Positions 29,159-38,750 of a stretch of 64,000 nucleotides of DNA are shown piece by piece. Source of the stretch: a virus. The DNA lies in IMG/VR virus record IMGVR_UViG_3300032214_000986, positions 1 through 64,000 of that record. The stretch is one strand, 5' to 3'. The first letter of the stretch is position 1. Each line of letters starts with the position of its first letter. The translations under genes were made by a program, and so were the position numbers. The notes beneath the pieces are model-generated. The model ran no database searches. It saw only the letters and a list, made by a program, of their open reading frames with translations, and was not told where the DNA came from.

Positions 29159-30722
29159 TGTAAAACCAACAACAGACCAGTTTAGTCTTGACATGACCCA
29201 AAATATTTTTTGGGGTGAGTGTATAAGTTCGGACGACCCTTTAATGTTAGGTCGAGTTAGAGTTGCACCATTAAACGAAAACTTCGGTCAAAGGGAGGGT
29301 TCAGCAAAAGATTATGACCCGTTTGGTTCCCCAAATAAAAATGGACCATGGTCAGATAAAGACCCGTTCATATTTTTACCATACTTACCTTTCTTCATTA
29401 ATCAAATACCACAACCTAAAGAAAGGGTTATGTTATTTTATTTTGATAGAAGAAAAAGAAGCGGTAGAAATAAATTTTACATGATAGCACCTTATTCGTC
29501 TCCACTAACTATTGGTTTTGAAGATAGTAAATCATCGAGAACAAATTTAGATGACGGGTATTCGAATTCTAAACAAAGTTACCCAACAATAAAAGATGCT
29601 GATGGTAAGTATAAAAATCCAGAACAAAATTCAGGGTTATTCTCAGAACCATTAGACATATCAATTAATGGTAGAGATAGTGCGGACATGATACTTAAAA
29701 AAAATGAAGTATTATTAAGAGCCGGTAAACACCAACCATTTGAAAAGGGTCAAATCCCCATCATCAATAATAAGAGAGCATTTTTACAACTTTCTAATTT
29801 TGATAAAAAGACTACTTTTGGTCCTGAAGAGCAATATGAAAAAATAACACAAAGAAAAGAACAGATTAAATTCATTATCGAATATTATTGTGTTACAACA
29901 AATACTCAAGTTGATTCATTCACAGGAGGAGTAAATATTTATCAAATACCCGAAGGTGATATTAAATACGAATTACAAGTCGGTGTTTTTGATGTCGGTA
30001 CAAATTATACAGGTGAGACCAATCTTATTTATAACAAACAGATAATAGGTAAACCTATCGATGAGTTTTCAAATATAATTAATCAAGTCATTATTGATTT
30101 TAAGGATAGACCTGAATCATTAGTTTCGGTTTCGGATGGTGAACAATTTACTTATTATTATAGACCTGATTCTACAATACGTTCAATTGTTAGTGACTTT
30201 ACAGGGACAATTGATGTTGTGTCGGTAACTAACATGACTAATTTGGTTTCCAAAATTAGGGTTTCATCTGCAGATATAATCACGGGGTACGGTTTAGTAA
30301 TTAACAAAAACTTAGATAAAAACTTACCTATCGATAAAATCACAGAAACAATTTCACCGGCAACTACTGAAAAAATTAATAACACTACAGGTATAGTTGG
30401 GGCGGATTCATTGTATTTTATATCACATGAAACAAAAATAGAAGGTAAAGAAAGGGTTAATATTGATAATACAGTTTACGGTATTGATGTAGATACGGTG
30501 ATTAATAATATAGAACCGAATACCTCCCCTATGGTTAGAGGAGATGAACTGATGGAGTTACTACAACTAATAGTAGAGTTTTTAGTTACCCATGACCACC
30601 CATACCCAATGTTACCACCAACACCGATTTCTAAATCCTCTCAAATTTCAACACAATCAGTGTTAGCTAAAATGCAAGAGGCTTACGATAAAGTATTAAA
30701 TAAAAAAATTCGAATTAATTAA
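29151..30722 (+). CDS. Baseplate hub/spike protein, gp5/VgrG OB-fold-like
   Basis: G.C....DPLMLGRVRV...P...P...E.V N-terminal pattern; C-terminal VRGDEL...L..H.HP. Confidence 0.65.
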   Translation: MDNVKPTTDQFSLDMTQNIFWGECISSDDPLMLGRVRVAPLNENFGQREGSAKDYDPFGSPNKNGPWSDKDPFIFLPYLPFFINQIPQPKERVMLFYFDRRKRSGRNKFYMIAPYSSPLTIGFEDSKSSRTNLDDGYSNSKQSYPTIKDADGKYKNPEQNSGLFSEPLDISINGRDSADMILKKNEVLLRAGKHQPFEKGQIPIINNKRAFLQLSNFDKKTTFGPEEQYEKITQRKEQIKFIIEYYCVTTNTQVDSFTGGVNIYQIPEGDIKYELQVGVFDVGTNYTGETNLIYNKQIIGKPIDEFSNIINQVIIDFKDRPESLVSVSDGEQFTYYYRPDSTIRSIVSDFTGTIDVVSVTNMTNLVSKIRVSSADIITGYGLVINKNLDKNLPIDKITETISPATTEKINNTTGIVGADSLYFISHETKIEGKERVNIDNTVYGIDVDTVINNIEPNTSPMVRGDELMELLQLIVEFLVTHDHPYPMLPPTPISKSSQISTQSVLAKMQEAYDKVLNKKIRIN

Positions 30723-30745
30723 GTATTTATAGATAAAACAAAAAA

Positions 30746-32224
30746 ATGTCTATTTATAAATCTTATTTCGATAAATCGAATACAATAATCTATAATTCTT
30801 ACACCAACACTGGTAGAAACCCCATTGTTGAATTATTCTATGGTAGAGTAGATAATATTGCGGTCCCTAAAGGGTATAGTAGATATATTTTTGATTTAGA
30901 TTTAACTAATTTAACATCACAAATACGATCAGGAGTCATATCGACAGGTTGTACGTCAGCAATGACACACACTCTAAGAATGACAAATACTTCATTTTTT
31001 GATAATGAATTACTTAATACAAAAACATCTCAAGGTAGAAGAAGAGCAACATCATTTGATTTGGTTTTATTTAGAATACCTAAAGTTTCAGGTTCAACAG
31101 GATCCCCTCAAGTGTGGGATAGTGGTGTTGGTTACGATTACTATGACTTTGGGGTTACGAACTTAAACGATAGGGCATTTTCACAAAGAGCATCTAATTG
31201 GTTTGAAACAACAACTCTTTCAGGTTGGTCACATAATGGTATATACGACAACACAAATTCATTAACCGGATTAACAGGTTTAAATTTTTCAGCACTAACT
31301 ATTGTCGATGTTCAACATTTTGAATTTGGAAATGAAGATGTCGAGTTTGATATGTCAAGAGAGATAAACGGAATCATACATGGTACGATTACTGGTACGA
31401 CCGGATGGGGAATCGCATATTACCCACAACTTGAAAATATTACGGGTTTAACTGAAAACTATTCAGTTGGGTTCTTCTCACCTCACACACAAACATTTTA
31501 CGAACCTTATTTAGAGACATCATATAATGATTTGATTTTAGATAATAGATCCAATTTCTATGCGGGTAACGATAATAATCTTTATTTATATGCGTACAGT
31601 AATGGTAACTACATTAACTTCGATACAAATCCTCGTGTTAATATCATAGATTCGACTGGTGAGTATGTATCAGGTTTTACGGGACTTTCTACATGTTTAG
31701 TAACAAAAGGTGTTTACAAGGTAAATATTACAGGATTAACAGCCAATACTGTACCATGTCTTTACACAGATGAATGGAGTGGTTTGACTGTTAATGGTGT
31801 GAAATTAGATAATGTTGAGAATGAGTTTGTTTTACTACCTAAAAATGGTAATTTTAAAATAGGTACAACAACAGAAACCCCATCACTTTATGGGTTTGAT
31901 TTTGATGGTATTAAACAAAATGAAAAGATATTAAATACGGATGTTAGGAAGGTTAACGTCACAATTAAAAAAGCATATACCGCTAGTCAACCATTAGATA
32001 ATGTTGAGGCATATTATAGAATATATGTTAGAGAAGGTGCGAATACTGAAGTACAGGTGCAAGATTGGACCAGAATTAATAAAACGTTTGACGGTTATTA
32101 TTTTATGTTTGACACTACAGATAAAATACCTAATGAATATTTTATAGACATTAAAGTAAATTCAGATAGAAATATCGACACATATAAAAAGGAATTACAA
32201 TTCCAAATAGTAAATAAAAAGTAA
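30746..32224 (+). CDS. Virion structural protein (beta-rich)
   Basis: 492 aa, rich in Thr/Ser/Gly/Asn/Tyr; TATTTATA upstream at 30724. Confidence 0.55.
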   Translation: MSIYKSYFDKSNTIIYNSYTNTGRNPIVELFYGRVDNIAVPKGYSRYIFDLDLTNLTSQIRSGVISTGCTSAMTHTLRMTNTSFFDNELLNTKTSQGRRRATSFDLVLFRIPKVSGSTGSPQVWDSGVGYDYYDFGVTNLNDRAFSQRASNWFETTTLSGWSHNGIYDNTNSLTGLTGLNFSALTIVDVQHFEFGNEDVEFDMSREINGIIHGTITGTTGWGIAYYPQLENITGLTENYSVGFFSPHTQTFYEPYLETSYNDLILDNRSNFYAGNDNNLYLYAYSNGNYINFDTNPRVNIIDSTGEYVSGFTGLSTCLVTKGVYKVNITGLTANTVPCLYTDEWSGLTVNGVKLDNVENEFVLLPKNGNFKIGTTTETPSLYGFDFDGIKQNEKILNTDVRKVNVTIKKAYTASQPLDNVEAYYRIYVREGANTEVQVQDWTRINKTFDGYYFMFDTTDKIPNEYFIDIKVNSDRNIDTYKKELQFQIVNKK

Positions 32225-32226
32225 TC

Positions 32227-32688
32227 ATGGATAATTTAAGTTTAATCATTAGAAAAGTATTAAAAGAAGAACATATGGAGATGAAGAGATATATGTTCTT
32301 TTCAAATTTACAACAAATAAGAAGACAGGCAGACCTTTTATTAGACCTTGACCATTCACAAATTGAAGAAATATTGGAAAAGGGTCATGATTGGGCTGAT
32401 GACCACATTACCGTTTCTAAAGAAAATTTAGACCAAGTTTTTGATTTTTTAATGAATGAAACAAAAAAAGAAGGTATGGAACTTTCTATGAATATCGATG
32501 ATAAAGATATGATGGAGGAAGGTCGTAAAAAATCAGGTACAAAATTATGTGCTAGAGGTAAGGCCGCCGCTAAATCAAAATTTGATGTATACCCAAGCGC
32601 ATATGCTAATGGTTACGCAGTACAAGTTTGTAAAGGCACAAAACCTGGTTTAGATGGTAAGAAACATTGTTCAGGTGCCTATTGTTAA
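32227..32688 (+). CDS. Hypothetical protein with phage YPSAYA domain
   Basis: C-terminal KLCARGKAAAKSKFDVYPSAYANGYAVQVCKG; N-terminal IIRKVLKEE. Confidence 0.65.
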   Translation: MDNLSLIIRKVLKEEHMEMKRYMFFSNLQQIRRQADLLLDLDHSQIEEILEKGHDWADDHITVSKENLDQVFDFLMNETKKEGMELSMNIDDKDMMEEGRKKSGTKLCARGKAAAKSKFDVYPSAYANGYAVQVCKGTKPGLDGKKHCSGAYC

Positions 32689-33410
32689 AGACTTTTTAAA
32701 ATATTTTTAATTACAATTTCTAAGGACTCTTTTTGGGTCCTTTTGTTTTTTGGTTTGTATGATGTCATAATTGGTTTTTGTCCTTTACCTGTCTGAGTAT
32801 CTTTTTTTTCTGCGTTTCTTTTTTGTTGACATGCTGATTTTTTTTCCGAATCAGACATTTTAGATGCAACCCCTACCGCTCTACATTTTGGGTATCCCTT
32901 ACTATCAGCATCAGGCCTTCCACATGGAGGATGTTTACCATCAACTTTTCTACAAATATTAACCCATGGGCCTTTTGGTTGTTTAGACCCCTTAGGTTTC
33001 TTTTTAGTACCAAACCAAACCCCTAAATCCTCATTTAGATTTATCTTATCTAAGTCTACCCACTCTTTAATGGGTACTATCTTAGAATTTTTACCAGGGT
33101 AACGGTTTATGGGGTTCCCATCTCCGTCACTAGAAGTTGCGTTAGGGTGATTTTTAATGTAATTATATATTTTTTTGGCTTTTTTTTCTTCTTTATCTAT
33201 TTGTTTTTTACTTCTTTCCATTTTACCGTCGTAAGAATCATACGCTAAATCAGGACTTTTGTATTTTGAGTCTTCAACCGTAAATGGTGCTAATACGTTT
33301 TTTTCAAAATATCTTTCACCAGGAAGTAAAGGTGCGATATAACTACCTCTCGACCCTGTGCTTGTTGATGTCACCTCATTTAATACTTTTTTTATAATGT
33401 CCTCTATCAT
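32685..33410 (-). CDS. Hypothetical protein with basic Cys-containing domain
   Basis: EDLGVWF...WVNIC...PPCGR...YPKCR motif recalled from T4-like phages; N-terminal IIKKVLNE. Confidence 0.65.
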   Translation of the reverse strand: MIEDIIKKVLNEVTSTSTGSRGSYIAPLLPGERYFEKNVLAPFTVEDSKYKSPDLAYDSYDGKMERSKKQIDKEEKKAKKIYNYIKNHPNATSSDGDGNPINRYPGKNSKIVPIKEWVDLDKINLNEDLGVWFGTKKKPKGSKQPKGPWVNICRKVDGKHPPCGRPDADSKGYPKCRAVGVASKMSDSEKKSACQQKRNAEKKDTQTGKGQKPIMTSYKPKNKRTQKESLEIVIKNILKSL

Positions 33411-33431
33411 ACTAATAAATATATGGAAAAT

Positions 33432-33460
33432 AAAAAAGGAGACATTTCTGTCTCCTTTTT
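33432..33460. terminator. Rho-independent terminator downstream of the major capsid gene
   Basis: AAAAAGGAGACA-tttc-TGTCTCCTTTTT. Confidence 0.85.
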
Positions 33461-33480
33461 CTTATTCAGTTTAGAATAGA

Positions 33481-35307
33481 TTATCTCAATTCTCTCAAGT
33501 CAAACGTACGAACTCCATCGACAGTGATTTTACCATAGAAACGGTTGTTAACCATTTTCTTAGCGTATCTTGTCATAATACCTTTGATAGGTGTGAAGTT
33601 GAACGGGTTGTACATTGTAGGTGTTAATTGTAGAGGAACGTACGGTGCGTAAACATATCCTGTATCAAGTAAAGATGTCCCTTTGTGTCCTAACAATACT
33701 GTGTTTGGTGGGAAGTAAGGGTCACGGTATACTTGGTAACGTCCAGCTAATGTACCAACTCTTTCAATACCCATATTGTACTGATCTTGCTCAGGAGACG
33801 CGTTAGATACGTGGAAGTATTCTAAATCATCAAAAATTGCAGAAATCTCAGAAGAAACAACGATCCAGTTAGCTCCACCTCTTAATGTAGATTTGTGGAT
33901 TTGTGCTGAAATTTGGTTGATTGCCGTAATCAACGTTTGGTTCCAATCTTTTTGAGTATACTGAGTTAATGGGTTAGCAGATGTACCTCTTTTCCATCCG
34001 TTGTAATCCCAACGTAATGACCAAGCCGCACCTTTACGTAAGTCACGTAAAATTTCACGGTCGATTTCAGCAGCCACTTGTTCAGATAATAAAGCTGTTA
34101 ATTCAGCCTCAGCATCGATGTTATGGAATGCAGAAACGTCTTGTGCCAATTCAGGAGACCATTGTGCTCTTAATTTTCTTTCAGTAACAGATACTGTAAC
34201 TGACTCAAGGTCGAAAGATACTTCACCGATTTCATCTTCGAATTCCATTTCTTTGTATCTTTTGAAAGTACATGTAAATGCACCACCAGCAGAAGCAAGA
34301 CCTGTGATAGGTAAAGTGAATCCTGAATAACCATCTAAAGAGTTAGCTCCGATAGAAGCAGGTACTTGACAGTCAACTTCTAAATAGATGATACCGTCTT
34401 GAGAACATAAGTTGTCATAAGCTCCACCGTTACCTGTTGAAGACCATGTTGTACTTGTTTGTGTTCCGTACTGTACGATACCTTTACCATATTTTTGAGT
34501 CACAACTCTAAATAATAAGTCACTTGCACCTAAACCTGAGAAACCGTTAGCTCCAGCTTGTACTGCGTTTACTTGTAAATCAGATAAGAACGCCTCGTTG
34601 TCCATTTCTTGACCATCAGGTCCGATTAATTTACCAGCACCTGCGTTAGAGAATCCGGACATACCGATTAATACTTTTCTGTATTCACCAGCTGTGTACG
34701 CTGAAGAAACTAATGCCCCGTTAGACCACGCAACAGTACCTACTGCAGAAGTTGTGATTGCAGTGTAAGCACCTTTAGAGTAATCAAATAAACCAGCTGG
34801 ATCCAATGTAGGCTCATTACCTTCATAGAATAAATCATACAAGTTAGTGTTACCATAAGTAGAAGTACTACCGTAACCTTGTCCTTGTGTAGCTGTAGCA
34901 TCACCAACTAAGTTAGTTGGAGAACCAACTGGTGGGTAATGTTGTACTTGGTTAGCAGCCGCTGCTTGATAACCTTGGATTTTAGGTACGAAGTAGAACA
35001 ATTTACCGATAGGTAAGTTCATAGCTTGTACAGAAACTAAGTCGTTAGCTAATAATTTAGAGAACACACGTCTTACGATAGGGAAAACTACAGTTTCGAA
35101 AGAACCTGAACTATCAGAAGATGCTGCCTCGTTAATCAAATGCGACGCTTGGTTTTCATACAATTGCGCCATATTTTCTTTAATGTGTCCTTTAAGACCA
35201 TCTAGGAACCCTAATTTGTCCCATTTGTTAATTGTGTCTTCTTTGATAACTTTAAGGTGTTTCAACCCGATGTTACCTACAAGACCTGATTCTAATAATG
35301 CTCCCAT
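33481..35307 (-). CDS. gp23: Major capsid protein (T4 gp23-like)
   Basis: FPIVRRVF, VSVQAMNLPIG, RKLRAQWSPELAQD, EIDREIL, YAPYVPL, GIMTRYA. Confidence 0.97.
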   Translation of the reverse strand: MGALLESGLVGNIGLKHLKVIKEDTINKWDKLGFLDGLKGHIKENMAQLYENQASHLINEAASSDSSGSFETVVFPIVRRVFSKLLANDLVSVQAMNLPIGKLFYFVPKIQGYQAAAANQVQHYPPVGSPTNLVGDATATQGQGYGSTSTYGNTNLYDLFYEGNEPTLDPAGLFDYSKGAYTAITTSAVGTVAWSNGALVSSAYTAGEYRKVLIGMSGFSNAGAGKLIGPDGQEMDNEAFLSDLQVNAVQAGANGFSGLGASDLLFRVVTQKYGKGIVQYGTQTSTTWSSTGNGGAYDNLCSQDGIIYLEVDCQVPASIGANSLDGYSGFTLPITGLASAGGAFTCTFKRYKEMEFEDEIGEVSFDLESVTVSVTERKLRAQWSPELAQDVSAFHNIDAEAELTALLSEQVAAEIDREILRDLRKGAAWSLRWDYNGWKRGTSANPLTQYTQKDWNQTLITAINQISAQIHKSTLRGGANWIVVSSEISAIFDDLEYFHVSNASPEQDQYNMGIERVGTLAGRYQVYRDPYFPPNTVLLGHKGTSLLDTGYVYAPYVPLQLTPTMYNPFNFTPIKGIMTRYAKKMVNNRFYGKITVDGVRTFDLRELR

Positions 35308-35343
35308 TTTATTTTTTTTAATTTGAGTTTATTTATTGTTTAT

Positions 35344-36897
35344 TTATTTAATTTTTGTCATCAAATCTCTCATTCTCATGAATTGAGGATTTTCATACGT
35401 TTTACTTTCAATCAAATTAGCGGCAGAACCGTTAGCTGGTGTTCTGTTAACTTTTGTCTGTACAGACTCAGTAACCACCTCACTTGATTTACCATCTATT
35501 TCATTTTTGATTGATTTGTAAAGATTTTTAGATTCCTTGATAGATTCAACTCCGTCGAATCTTCTTAGTATATTTATCTTTTCTTGTTTTGTTGTTGAAT
35601 GTTCAGTGAATAATCTAGTAGCGTAAGCCAAATTTGAATTAAATACTGCAACTTCATTTAATTTAGTTCTAAAGAAATTTAAAGCTTTTTTGTATTCTTC
35701 ATTTTTCTCTTGTAATAAATTCAATTCGTTATTTACAGATTCTTTTCTTAATTGACTTGGTGCAGCAACTCTATCTCTTTCAGCTCTACGTTTGTACGTC
35801 ATAGTTCTTGACGCTTCAGTAGTTTCAGGTTCCATCATTCCTTCAGTAGTTTCAATATCAACCATATCAACATCTTCTTCCATGTCCCATCCTTCGAATG
35901 TTTCTTCCATTTCAGTTTCAGTTACTCCATGTTTAATTTTACCATAATTGAATTTAGGACCTTTACCTTTCTTTTCAGATTTTGTTCCGTCAGCCATATC
36001 TTCTTTAAACCCTTTGTTGTTTACAGTAGATTTAGCAAAACCGTTACCAACTTTACCCATTCCAATTCCAATTGCTTTAAATGCTTCTACGACTGATTCT
36101 AATTCTTGTTGGTCAATTTCATAAACTTGTTCAGTTTCTTCACCACCAAAATTATCAACTTCGATAGAGTCTAAATCAAAAAAGTCTGAATCTTCTTCCA
36201 ATTCATAATCTTTATAATGTCCGTCTACATCTCCAATTTTGTGACCGTCATGTCTTTTATAGTCATGCTCATCTCCACCCCATTCTTCGTTGTTTTCGTA
36301 ACCCTCTTCGATTTCTTCATCTACATTCATCTCCAATTCGTAAATAACACCTTCTTCTAAGTCTGCCATTGGTTCTTCCATGTTATCGTCAACGCCATTC
36401 ATTTGGATAAGATATTCTTCATCGTTTTCAGTATCAGATAAGTGGATATAATCATCCTCTTTTTTTACAATGATACCGTCTTCGTCACCCATAGCTTTGA
36501 AAACTTTCAAAATTTCTTCTGGGCTTGCGGATGTCATATCCAATGGAGGCATCTCCATTTCATTATCACCATCGAACTCAAAGTCATCCATTTCAACTTC
36601 GTTGTCATCAACGTCGTCAACAGATACTTCAGCCTCTGGCTCTTCTTCACCTTCAAAATCACCCATTTCATCTTCTACGCCAACTTCCTCAGGATTTTCA
36701 TCCTCAGGTGCGTCTTGTTCAAAAAGTGTTTTTTTAGATTGTTTCGAACCCACAATAGATTCTTTTATTAATTCACTGATTTCTTCCTTCATCGTCGAAG
36801 CAAGTATTCCTTTTGCATTTTCACTAATAGCGTTTTCAACGGCTTTAATTTGTAATAAAGCGTTTTCAACTATTGATCCTGTTTTTTCTATACTCAT
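35344..36897 (-). CDS. Prohead core/scaffolding protein
   Basis: Very acidic; sits between protease and capsid genes; C-terminal coiled coil LNEVAVFNSNLAYATRLF and RMRDLM end. Start moved to ATG 36897. Confidence 0.75.
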   Translation of the reverse strand: MSIEKTGSIVENALLQIKAVENAISENAKGILASTMKEEISELIKESIVGSKQSKKTLFEQDAPEDENPEEVGVEDEMGDFEGEEEPEAEVSVDDVDDNEVEMDDFEFDGDNEMEMPPLDMTSASPEEILKVFKAMGDEDGIIVKKEDDYIHLSDTENDEEYLIQMNGVDDNMEEPMADLEEGVIYELEMNVDEEIEEGYENNEEWGGDEHDYKRHDGHKIGDVDGHYKDYELEEDSDFFDLDSIEVDNFGGEETEQVYEIDQQELESVVEAFKAIGIGMGKVGNGFAKSTVNNKGFKEDMADGTKSEKKGKGPKFNYGKIKHGVTETEMEETFEGWDMEEDVDMVDIETTEGMMEPETTEASRTMTYKRRAERDRVAAPSQLRKESVNNELNLLQEKNEEYKKALNFFRTKLNEVAVFNSNLAYATRLFTEHSTTKQEKINILRRFDGVESIKESKNLYKSIKNEIDGKSSEVVTESVQTKVNRTPANGSAANLIESKTYENPQFMRMRDLMTKIK

Positions 36898-37005
36898 TTG
36901 TTTTGTAAAAAGCAATGCGTTATGCGTTTATTTTACAGATAAATATATACGTTTTTAAAAAAAATCCTTTTTTGGGACAATTAACAGAAAAAAACTTGTA
37001 TAAAT

Positions 37006-37036
37006 AAAAAAAGGGACACCTTTGGTATCCCTTTTT
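37006..37036. terminator. Rho-independent terminator
   Basis: AAAAAGGGACACC-ttt-GGTATCCCTTTTT, downstream of the minus-strand gene ending at 37054. Confidence 0.8.
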
Positions 37037-37053
37037 ATTAGTATGTTATGTAA

Positions 37054-37263
37054 TTACTCAATAACCTCATCAATCTTACTTTCAACGATTGCAGTGATTC
37101 TCCAATCCATTGTGTAACTTTCATACACTTTAGTAACTTTAGCTTCGACATCGGTTGGTGAAAACCCTCTTACTAATTTTTCTTCTTTAATTTTTTTAAT
37201 TTTTCCTGTGTTCTCGTCAGCCATATCAGTAGTGATTTTAGCTATAAAATATTTTTCATCCAT
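37054..37263 (-). CDS. DUF4494-like protein
   Basis: YF.AKI......G..KK..E..LV...S.T..EA.V resembles the Bacteroidota DUF4494 N-terminus. Confidence 0.6.
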   Translation of the reverse strand: MDEKYFIAKITTDMADENTGKIKKIKEEKLVRGFSPTDVEAKVTKVYESYTMDWRITAIVESKIDEVIE

Positions 37264-37275
37264 AATTTAAAGTTT

Positions 37276-37983
37276 TTATTTTAAATAATCGGATAATCTT
37301 TTCATTAAGTCAACTGATTTTTCCAATCCACCACCATTAAAAGTGTTTGTGTCATGTTCTGCCAATTTTTCTTCGTACTTAGGTCTGTCCTCTTTATTTA
37401 AATAAAGATACGCACCAGGGGTGGATGGGGAAGAAACCAAATCAAAACAAATTAATTCAAAATCTTCTTGTACTTCATTTTGTTCTCCTCTTTTAACTAA
37501 GGAACCAACACCTCTAGATGATACACCCATAGTAACACCTTGTCTCATTAGATTAGCCGCAACATCACCTTTAGATGAAACCACACCTCTCTCATGGAAA
37601 CCTGGTGTAGTTAACAATTTAATCTTACCCATTAAAACGTTACCTTCCCACCATATATCAGTAATTAAATGTGAAACCCTATCTAAATCTATCAGAGATG
37701 ATTCAGGGTGATTTAATTCTGAAATAGCCATACCACGATTAATAACTTCTTTGTATTTGTCGGCTTCTCTTTTTAATATTTTTTCAGGATATACTCGTCC
37801 GTTTCTATTTGGTACCCCATATTTTTGTAAAGTAGCATAAAACACAAACGGTTTAGAGTGTTCTAATTGACCATATGATTCTTTTATCACGTCGGTGTTT
37901 CTCATATCGTTTGGGTTAATATACCCAGCATCCCATTCTACTAAAATGCCCTTACCACTATCACTTGGTCCTAATATTCTCAT
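37276..37983 (-). CDS. gp21: Prohead maturation protease (T4 gp21-like)
   Basis: NRNGRVYP, ELNHP, VSH, GVSSRGVGS, DLVSSPSTPGA. Confidence 0.95.
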   Translation of the reverse strand: MRILGPSDSGKGILVEWDAGYINPNDMRNTDVIKESYGQLEHSKPFVFYATLQKYGVPNRNGRVYPEKILKREADKYKEVINRGMAISELNHPESSLIDLDRVSHLITDIWWEGNVLMGKIKLLTTPGFHERGVVSSKGDVAANLMRQGVTMGVSSRGVGSLVKRGEQNEVQEDFELICFDLVSSPSTPGAYLYLNKEDRPKYEEKLAEHDTNTFNGGGLEKSVDLMKRLSDYLK

Positions 37984-38004
37984 AATTGTTTTTTAGAATA
38001 AATA

Positions 38005-38454
38005 TTAGCAACTTATCGTTTCTTTAACTTTTGTTTTACTTAGCGTGAAAAACTTAGAATTTTTTAAGTCGTCAAGATATATGGATTTTAAAATGTTTTT
38101 AATTTTTTCTCTTAAAATTAGTGATTTAAAATTGAGATTTTGATTATGAACAAATAAGGTTATTTCTAAATTCATAAAACTTTTTTTGTTCTTTTGAATC
38201 CCACTTGTTCGTAAATCTAAATCGACTATTTGTTTTTTCTCAAAAGAGGTATGGTCGGACACCTCTAAAAGAGTGTGTTGTATTTGTCTTTTTATATGTC
38301 CTGTAATTTTATTCCAATTATCAAAGTCATCTAAAGGTTCGACCCATGTTTGTAATACTATGTATATTGATTTTAAATTTTTAGAGTCGACTGTACCGTA
38401 GTGACATTTTGCATCATCAAAAATGTTTAATTTTGATGTTTTTCCTTTTTTCAT
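38005..38454 (-). CDS. Hypothetical phage protein
   Basis: 149 aa ORF divergent from bS21. Confidence 0.65.
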   Translation of the reverse strand: MKKGKTSKLNIFDDAKCHYGTVDSKNLKSIYIVLQTWVEPLDDFDNWNKITGHIKRQIQHTLLEVSDHTSFEKKQIVDLDLRTSGIQKNKKSFMNLEITLFVHNQNLNFKSLILREKIKNILKSIYLDDLKNSKFFTLSKTKVKETISC

Positions 38455-38561
38455 TTTTCATTCCTTAAAAGTTTATTCGTTTACCAAAGTATAGTTAAAA
38501 ATAAACTTGTTGTCAAAATTTAAAAAATTCCTTATATTTATATGTAAAAAAAGAAAAAATT

Positions 38562-38750
38562 ATGATTATAGTCCCAGTTAAAAATCCAAGTTCGATTGAG
38601 CAAGCACTCAAACAATATAAATTTAAAATTTATAAAACAAAACAACTTGAGAAATTAAGGGACCGACAAGAATTTACAAAAAATTCAGTTAAAAAAAGGG
38701 AACAACATAAAAAGGCGGTTTACCTACAAAAAAAGAAATCAGAATTATAA
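38562..38750 (+). CDS. rpsU: 30S ribosomal protein bS21 (phage-encoded)
   Basis: MIIVPVK...SIEQALKQYK.K..KTKQL..LRDRQEFTK.SVKKR....KAVY closely follows the Bacteroidota bS21 pattern. Confidence 0.92.
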   Translation: MIIVPVKNPSSIEQALKQYKFKIYKTKQLEKLRDRQEFTKNSVKKREQHKKAVYLQKKKSEL

